64,000 nucleotides of DNA from the human T2T-CHM13v2.0 reference genome, Homo sapiens, in NCBI RefSeq assembly GCF_009914755.1, contig NC_060941.1; one strand, written 5' to 3'. Position 1 is the stretch's first letter. Every line of letters starts with the position of its first letter. Both the position numbers and the translations under genes were made by a program. Below are positions 54,625-64,000 of this stretch, in pieces. The notes under the pieces were generated by a model that searched no databases, was not told the origin of the DNA, and saw only the letters and a list, made by a program, of their open reading frames with translations.

Positions 54625-54870
54625 CCCATTTATTGGGTACTTACTATGTGCCAGGCACTATTCTCAGCTCTTTATGTGAATTAACTTACTTCATGATTTC
54701 AATAAACTAAATGAGGTAAGTAATGCTTTTAATCTGCTTCTACAGGAGAGGAAATCAAGGCACAGAGAGGTTAACTTGATGGTCACCCATAGCTACCATG
54801 TGGCAAGGCTCCAGATGTGAAACCAGGTGGTTTGGCCGGAGCCTGTGCTCTAACCATTATGCCACTCTTC
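54625..54870 (-). mobile_element. MIR SINE, near full length
   Basis: catttattgggtacttactatgtgccaggcact...gaggaaatcaaggcacagagaggttaac...ctctaaccattatgc. Confidence 0.85.
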
Positions 54871-55239
54871 CTCCCTCATCTGGCAGTAAGTTTCTGGGCT
54901 TTGCATTCAGTTTGGGGTGCCACCATCAGGAGCTCGAGACATTGGCTATGCTATGTAACCTCCCTGAGCAGAATGCAGGGAGTGGGTAAAGTAAGAAAGG
55001 GTGCCCTAAATATGAACTCCTTTTCTCAGGCTTTGGGTAGCTTCCAGGCCCCGTCCACAGACACCTAGGTGCAAGGCCCAGCCCTGCTCTGCTCTCAAAC
55101 ACCAAACGTGGCCACAGGCAGGCAGAAACCAAGCAGCTTCAGAACAGAAGCCTAGAACACCCTAGCTGCCAATCTGGTCCAGACCTTGAGGCCCACTTCT
55201 GAAAACTGAGCCCTTGAACCTCTGCTTCCTTATCTCTGA

Positions 55240-55938
<699 letters not shown>

Positions 55939-56644
55939 TGAGTGTGATCCTGTTGGAGTGCCATCCGGCCAGGCCATGTATGGCTCATCTCAGCTTCATG
56001 AGGCCCAGGGGCGAGGCTCTGCTACAGAGCATCTGCTCTCCTATCTCAGAGGCTGCTGCCTCCTCCCTTCTCACAGGGATGTTGTGGAATTTTTTTACAA
56101 TAAGCCCTCATCTTCATCATTTCAAAAATCTCATGTTCTGGAGAAATCAGCTACCCTATGATGGCCACAGAAGAGTACATGAATGAGAAAACTCTAATTC
56201 TATATTCCTTTCGTAATAAGATTTTCTTAGCATGTTTTAGGTTTGGACTTTGCCAACTCCTTTGGTCCTTGTGAAATAGTAAGACGTTTAGGTTAAACAA
56301 AATAAAAAACAAACAAACAAAACATTTTACTAGTTGTGTGACCTTGGGCAAATGCCCAACCTCTTAAGATTCAGTTTCTCTTTTTATAAAATGGGGAGAT
56401 GACCAACTCACGTGCCTACCATGAGGCTCATATGGGATAATACATTTTAAGTATATAGAGCAGATGCTACAATGGTCACAAAACTCTTTTTATATTGGAC
56501 TGTCAAAATAAATGTACCTCTCAAAACATAAAATGAACATGTCCTTTCGTCCAGAACATGCAAGCAATATCCATCGATATGTAAGCAAAAGTATAAGATG
56601 TGCTCATATGTATATTCAGGATTAGAAACAATGCAACTGCCCAT

Positions 56645-56969
<325 letters not shown>

Positions 56970-58063
56970 TCATGAATCCATCTTTACAGCGCAACATTAT
57001 GAAATAGGTCCCCAGATGATGGAAATGTGTTTGAGGTAAACAAATAGTGAAAATAAAACCCCACCAAAGTGCAAAACAGTATATTTAATACAGTTGCTAT
57101 ATATAAAAAAGGAGATGGTTATAGATATTGGCATAGCTATAGATATGCATGTGTGTGTGTAACCTATCTTTACTGGAAGGATCCAGAAGAAATTTTTAAC
57201 AGTGTTTAACTTTGAAGAAATGGATTGGGGATCTAGGTGTGGAAGATGACTTTGACTTTCATTTTCTACCCTCCTGCAGTGTTTGGATATTTGTATCATG
57301 TTTATATGTTACTTTTAAACAATCGGAAGGATAGATCACAGATAAACAACAATTGTAAGTGCTTTTAAAAATTTACAAAGCCTAAGATATTCATCAGGAT
57401 GCTTAACATTTTAGTTTATCAGAATAAAATGAAAACCTGAAATGTGCCTCATTATTTTGGTTATCTATTGCTGTGTTACCAACTACTTTAAAACACAGTG
57501 GCTTAAATAGCAATAGTTTCATCACAGGCATACCTTACTTTATTGCACCATGATTTAATACACTTCACAGATACTGTGTTTTTTACAAGTTAAAGGTTAT
57601 GCATGGAGCAAGTCTATTAGCATCATTTGTCAAATAGCATGTGCTCACTTTGTGTTTCTGTCTCACATTTTGGGAATTCTCACAATATTTCAAACTTTTT
57701 CATTACCATTATATCTGTTATGGTGATCTGTGATCGGTGACCTTTGATGTTACTGATGTAATTGTTTGGGGGCATCATGAATCTCACTTATATAAGATGG
57801 CAAACTTAATCAATAAATGGTGTATGTGTTCTGACTGCTTAACCAACTAGTCATTCTCCTATCTCTTCCCCTTTCCCCTGGCCTCACTATTCCCTGACAC
57901 CCAACAATATTGAAATTAGGCTAATTAAGAACCCTACAATGCTTTCTAAATATTCAAGTGAAAAGAAGAGCAACACATTTCTGACTTTAAATGAAAAGCT
58001 AGAAATGATTAAGCTTAGTGAGGAAGGCATGCTGAAAGCCAAAAAGGCCAAAACCTAGTCCTC

Positions 58064-58886
58064 TTGCACCAAAAAGTTAGCCAAGTTGTGAATGCAAAGG
58101 AGAAGCTCTTGAAGGAAATTACAAGTGCTATTCCAGTGAACACACAAATGATAAGAAAGCAAAACAGCCTTGTTGCTGATATTCAGAAAGTTTTGGTGGT
58201 CTGGATAGAAAATCAAACCAGTAACAGCATTCCCTTAAGCCAAAGCCTAATCCAGAGCAAGGACCCAGTTCTCTTCAGTTCTATGACATCTGAGAGAGGT
58301 GAGAAAGCTGCAGAAGTAAAGTTTGAAGCTAGCAAAAGTTGGTTCATAAGATTTAGGAAAAGAAACCATCTCCTTGTATGTATCTTCACCTTGCATAAAA
58401 GTGCAAGGTGAAGCAGCAAATGCTGATGTGGAAGTTGTGGCTAGTTATTCAGAAGATCTAGCTAAAATAATTGACAAAGGTGACCACACTAAACAGTAGA
58501 TTTTCTATGTAGATGGAACAGCCTTATATTGGAATAAGACACCATCTAGGACTTCCATAACCCAAAAGGAGAGGTCAATATCTGGCTTCAAAGCTTCAAT
58601 GAACAGGCTGACTCTCTTGTTAGGCTCTGAATGCAGTCAGAGACTTTAAGTTGAAGCCAATGCTCATTTGATATCTGAAAATCCTAGGGCCCTTAATAAT
58701 TATACTAAATCTACACTGTCTGTGCTCTATAAGTGGAACAACAAAGCCTGGATGTCAGTATATCTGTTTACAGCATGGTTTACTGAATATTTTAAGCACA
58801 CTGTTGAGATCTACTGCACAAAAACAAATATTCCTGTAAAAATATTACTGCCATTGACAATGCATCTGGTGACCCAAGAGTTCTGA
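58064..58886 (+). pseudogene. Decayed Tigger1 transposase (CENP-B-type HTH and DDE fragments)
   Basis: [15 protein letters not shown]...[21 protein letters not shown]...[12 protein letters not shown] and SENPRAL....[16 protein letters not shown]; stops and frameshifts. Confidence 0.93.
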
Positions 58887-59390
58887 TGAAGACGTACAAG
58901 GAGATTGATGTTTTCATGCCTGCTAACACAACAATCATTCTGCAGCCCATGAATCAAAGAGTAATTGTGACTTTCAATTATTATTATTTAAGAAATTCAT
59001 TTCATGAGGCTATAGCTGCCACAGATAGTGATTAGTGATTCCTCTCATGAATTTGGGCAAAGTAAATTGAAAATCACCATTCTAGATATAATTAAGAACA
59101 TCTGTGATTCATAGGAAGCAGTCAAAATGTTAATATTAACAGAGGTTTGGAAGAAGTTGATTCCAACCCTCATGGGTGACTGTGAGGGTTTCAAGACTTC
59201 AATGAGGAATGTAACTGCAGATGTGGTAGAAATAGCAAGAGAACTACATTTAGAAGTGGAGCTTGAAATGACATCTTTCTAAGGTTTAAGAAGAATCATA
59301 AAGTTACTTCACTGTAGTTCTCACATTGACTGAATTGCTGCAATCTCATGATATAATCTTAACAGATGAGGGGTTGTTTTTTATAGATGA

Positions 59391-59709
<319 letters not shown>

Positions 59710-60999
59710 AAAGTAGATTCTTGAGACAGAATCTACTCCTAGCAAAGACACTGTTGAAATGACAACAAAGGATTGAGAATATTCCATAAACTTAGTCAAT
59801 AGAGTAGCAGCATGGTTTGAGAGGACTGACTCCAATTTTGAAAGAAGTACTACTGTGGGTAAAATGCAGTCAAACAGCATCGCATGCCACAAATAAATCT
59901 TTCATGAAAACAAGAGTCAATCACTGCAGCAAACTTCAGTGTTGTCTTATTTTAAGAAATCACCAAAGCCACTCCAACTTTCAGCAACTACCACCCTCCT
60001 CAGTCAGAAGCCATCAACACTGAGGCAAGACCCTCCACCAGCAAAAAGATTATAACTGGATGAAGGTTCAGATGATCATTAACATTTTTTAGCAATGAAG
60101 TATTTCTAATTAACGTATAAACATTGTTTTATTTAGAAGTAATGCAAATGCACATTTAATAGACTACAGTATAGTGTAACAATAACTTTTATATGCACTG
60201 AGGAACCAAGAAATTTCTGCGACTCACTTTATTGTGACATTTGCTTTATTGTGGTGGTCTGGAATCAAACCCACAATATCTCCAAAGTATGACTGTATTT
60301 GTCATGATTCTGAGAGCTGGCCAGATAGTTCTAACCTGAGCTTGCTCAAGTGGCTGCATTCAGCTCCAAGTTTTCTGAGGCCTGGGCTCAGCTGGGACAC
60401 CTGGGCCTTTGTCTTCATGGTCTTTCATCTCAGACTTCTTTATGGTATGATCTCCAGGTTCCAAGAGAATAAAACAGAAGCTACAAGGACTCTTGAGGCC
60501 TAGACTCCGGAAGCATTACTCCTGCCACACGCTTTGGCCAAAGGAAGCCCCAAAGTGAGACTGGTCTCAGGGATAGGGAAAAATGCCTCATCTCTTGATA
60601 TTTTTTGCAAAAAAATTGTGGCTACATTTAATCTACCACACTAATATTAACAGCATAATTGCAGTTTGCATGACCAAAGTCATTATTTTTATCAGTGTAT
60701 TTTGCCCTGTTTTCCAGTATCTGGTGGTCCCTGGGCCATAGTAGACCTGGCTCAATAAATACGTGTTGAATGAATGAATAAATGGCTCCACTCCGCCTGG
60801 CAGCCTCTTTACTCTAACTGCCTTGACATCTCAGATCTTCAAATGTCATCAACTCCAGTTCAGCTAGCCCTTGAGGGCCACTGCCCCAGATCCAAGTTCA
60901 AGAGTATGGCTGAGTTGGGCTCTGGTGGGGAGATCATGGGAGGTAGTTTCCATAGAACTCATCACTGCTTGCTCTCCTTCCCAACCTAACTTCACATGA

Positions 61000-61440
61000 G
61001 ATCTTGAAAGCAGGGAACTTTCTCTCTGAGTCAGACCTGTCGAGCAGAAGAAGTTAGAGAGATTTGAGTGATAGAGGAACTCAATGTACTGTTGTCAGAG
61101 GGAGTAATATAGAAAGCATGAGAAAAAACCAGAAGCCTCCAGGAGCAAAGCCCAGCTCCCAGCTGACAACCTCAAGAAAATGAGGACCTCAGTTCTACAA
61201 CTGCAAGGAACTGAATTTGGCCAACAACCTAAAGGAGCTCAGAAACATTCTTTCCCAGGACCTCCAGGAAGGAATGCAGCCCCGCCCGCACCGTGATTTC
61301 AGCATCCTGAAACCCTTACTGGAGGAGCTGGTGGAGCTCACCCAGACTTCTGACCTACAGAAACTGAGATAACAAATGTGTATTGTTTTAAGTTGCTAAG
61401 TTTATGGTGATTGGTTATATAACAATAGAAAAGTAATACA
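61000..61440 (+). mobile_element. MLT1E-like MaLR LTR
   Basis: cagctgacaacc...gacctcagttctacaactgcaaggaactgaatt...ttctgacctacagaaactg...ttttaagttgctaagttt...taataca. Confidence 0.8.
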
Positions 61441-61558
61441 ATCACCATCACACTACCATCACCACTACCACCAAATTATTATCACCCAATACCATGACTG
61501 TCACTCCCACCCATTCCTGTCTCCATGTTCCTCACCAGTATCAAGACTACTGCCATCA

Positions 61559-61770
61559 TAAGAATGATACGGTGGACTCTGGGGACTCGGGGAAAAGGCT
61601 GGGAGGGTGTCAAGGGATAAAAGACTACACATTGGGTACTGTGTACACTGCTTGGGTGACGGGTGCACCAAAATCTCAGAAATCAGCACTAAAGAACTTA
61701 CTCATGTAACCAAACACCACCTGCTCTCTAGAAACCTATTGAAATAACAAACAAATTAAAAAAAAAAAAT
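61559..61770 (+). mobile_element. 5'-truncated L1PB 3' end with poly(A)
   Basis: aagaatgatacggtggactctggggac...gggtgcaccaaaatctcagaaatc...; perfect 15-bp TSD agactactgccatca (61544-61558 / 61771-61785). Confidence 0.92.
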
Positions 61771-62250
61771 AGACTACTGCCATCACTCCCTACCACCATC
61801 ACTCAGGGCCCTGCAATCTTGCATAAGTACTAGACTTCAATCTCTCTGGAAAAGTCTATATGGCCCCTGCCCTGGATCTGCCTCTAGCATTATCTGGCCG
61901 ATACCTGCCTTGGACTCTTGCCCACCAGTTATCAGGTCTGGCCCCTCAACCTAATTCTCATCAGTTCCTTTTCCCTAGGGCAGGGCTCTGGAATCTCAGC
62001 CCCCAGGCCTGAGTTTAGTCTTGCCAGTGACTGGTCAGGTCTTTTGGAATCTACAGACCCAGTGTCCACCTGAGGGAGGAAACTCTTGTTCCCTTGAAGT
62101 TCCTGCTATTTCTGTCATCTCTCTCCCCCTTCCTCTAAACATGGATCAGATCCCTACAGAGTTAGCAGATGAGATCAGCGTTGAGTTTGCCACACCTTAG
62201 AGCAGAGATTCACAGTGTTAGGTCACATAGGGACATCTTAAAAATACTGA

Positions 62251-62605
<355 letters not shown>

Positions 62606-63311
62606 GGGGGTTGGTATTTTTAAAAGTACTCCAGGTGATTTTTATGTGCAGCCAGGATTAAGCACCACTTCCCTGGGGCTTTATTACTAAGACTCCTCTC
62701 TACCTCTGGTCAGTTTCTGCTGTGCCTAACCCTAAACTGATTTTGATTGCTTTGTCTGCACTTGCAGTTCCCAGCATTCTGTCCAAGTTCACCCAAAACA
62801 TTAATGACACCAGACTTGCTTCCTAATTCCCCTCTATCTCTGGCTGTTCCCAGGGTACGGTTTTGGACACAAATTTCCTGCACTTAGGTATCTCCTCCCA
62901 TCCCACCTATACAACCTGCTCAGAGTTAACCTTTACTTATCCTACATAAAATATTACTAGGAAGTAAGATGGGCAATCACTGAGTATCCACCCTTGAAAT
63001 TCTCTATATCTCTTAATAGCTACCACTTAATTAGTATCTGCTATGTGCCAAGAACTATGCTAGACACTTCAACTGTGTAACCCAAATATAATCTAGAGCT
63101 CCCACAGTCTGGTCTTCATGCAATTTCCCATGAAAAAAAAAAACAAAAAAAAAAACAAAAAAACAGCCCAGTAGCCAATAGAATATAAAAGCAATTGTGA
63201 TTTTTACTGATCTTTTGGCATGAAGAAGTGGTTCATTAATAAGCCATAGCAACCCTTGTTAACTCTTCTTTTTACATTCCTCTTGCCCTCATAGCTTTCC
63301 TGCAGCTCCTC

Positions 63312-63679
63312 TGATATGATTTGAATTTGCGTCCAGGTCCAAATCTCATGTCAAATTGTAATCCCCAGTGTTGGAGGAGGGTCCTGGTGGGAGGTGACTG
63401 GATCATGGGGGCTCTTCTTATGATAGTGAGTGAGTTCTCATGATATCTGGTTGTTTAAAAGTGTGTGGCACCTCCCCTTTCTCTCTCTTATTCCTTCTCT
63501 GGCCACGTAAGACATGTCTGCTCCCCCTTTGCCTTCTGCCATGCTTGTAAGTTCCCTGAGGACTCATCCACCATGCTTCCTGTACAGCCTGTGGAACTGA
63601 GAGTCAATTAAACCTCTTTTCTTTATAAATTACCCAGTCTCATGTAGTTCTTTACACAATGTGAGAATGAACTAATACA
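63312..63679 (+). mobile_element. MSTA-like MaLR solo LTR
   Basis: tgatatg...aaatctcatg...aattaaacctcttttctttataaattacccagtctc...ctaataca; 5-bp TSD tcctc / ccctc. Confidence 0.9.
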
Positions 63680-63854
63680 CCCTCTATTCATGCCCCAAAT
63701 CAACTCCTCATCCCAAAGTTTATCTCCTAACTCACTGACCTTTCTCTTTCTTCTCCTCTTCCTTTCCTTCTGCTTCTATTTGTCTCTTTCCTAAGTAATT
63801 CTTGGCTCTTTAGGATACAAATCCCCATGATACTTTCTGCAGTTCTCTGTTTCT

Positions 63855-63878
63855 CTTTCTCTCTCTCTCTCTCTGTCA

Positions 63879-63913
<35 letters not shown>
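63855..63913. repeat. (CT)n(CA)n compound microsatellite
   Basis: ctctctctct...aacacacaca, about 16 AC units. Confidence 0.95.
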
Positions 63914-63915
<2 letters not shown>

Positions 63916-64000
63916 CAGATTTTGATTCTGAACTGCTGCAGAGGCTCACACACTGATCTGGCAGACTTTGCTATCATTTGAATGTGTCCCCTCCAAAATT

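Noticed and set aside
58064-58886. Possible domesticated TIGD/CENP-B-like gene
   Set aside because: The transposase frame is broken by stops and frameshifts and the element carries an Alu; it is an ordinary Tigger1 fossil.

Overview
Human or closely related primate genomic DNA (AluJ, AluS and AluY, L1, L2, MIR, MaLR/ERVL LTRs, Tigger1 and hAT MER elements; CpG-depleted, no CpG island). I find no protein-coding gene, RNA gene or CRISPR array, so the window reads as a gene desert or very large intron. I could not identify the locus. The only ORFs with recognisable protein similarity are decayed transposon proteins: L1 ORF2, L2 reverse transcriptase and Tigger1 transposase. Repeat subfamily names come from remembered consensus sequences, not a RepeatMasker run, and boundaries of old repeats are approximate. 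The most notable observations are a perfect 32-bp-arm palindrome with templated-insertion signatures (16373-16443), several repeat-free islands dense in transcription-factor motifs (tandem paired-homeodomain P3 sites, an RFX X-box cluster, a MEF2 pair, a forkhead cluster) that look like enhancers, an ancient end-to-end L1 with a 27-bp monomer array in its 5' region, and a CA-rich minisatellite with higher-order structure. I see no evidence for a novel multi-gene system.
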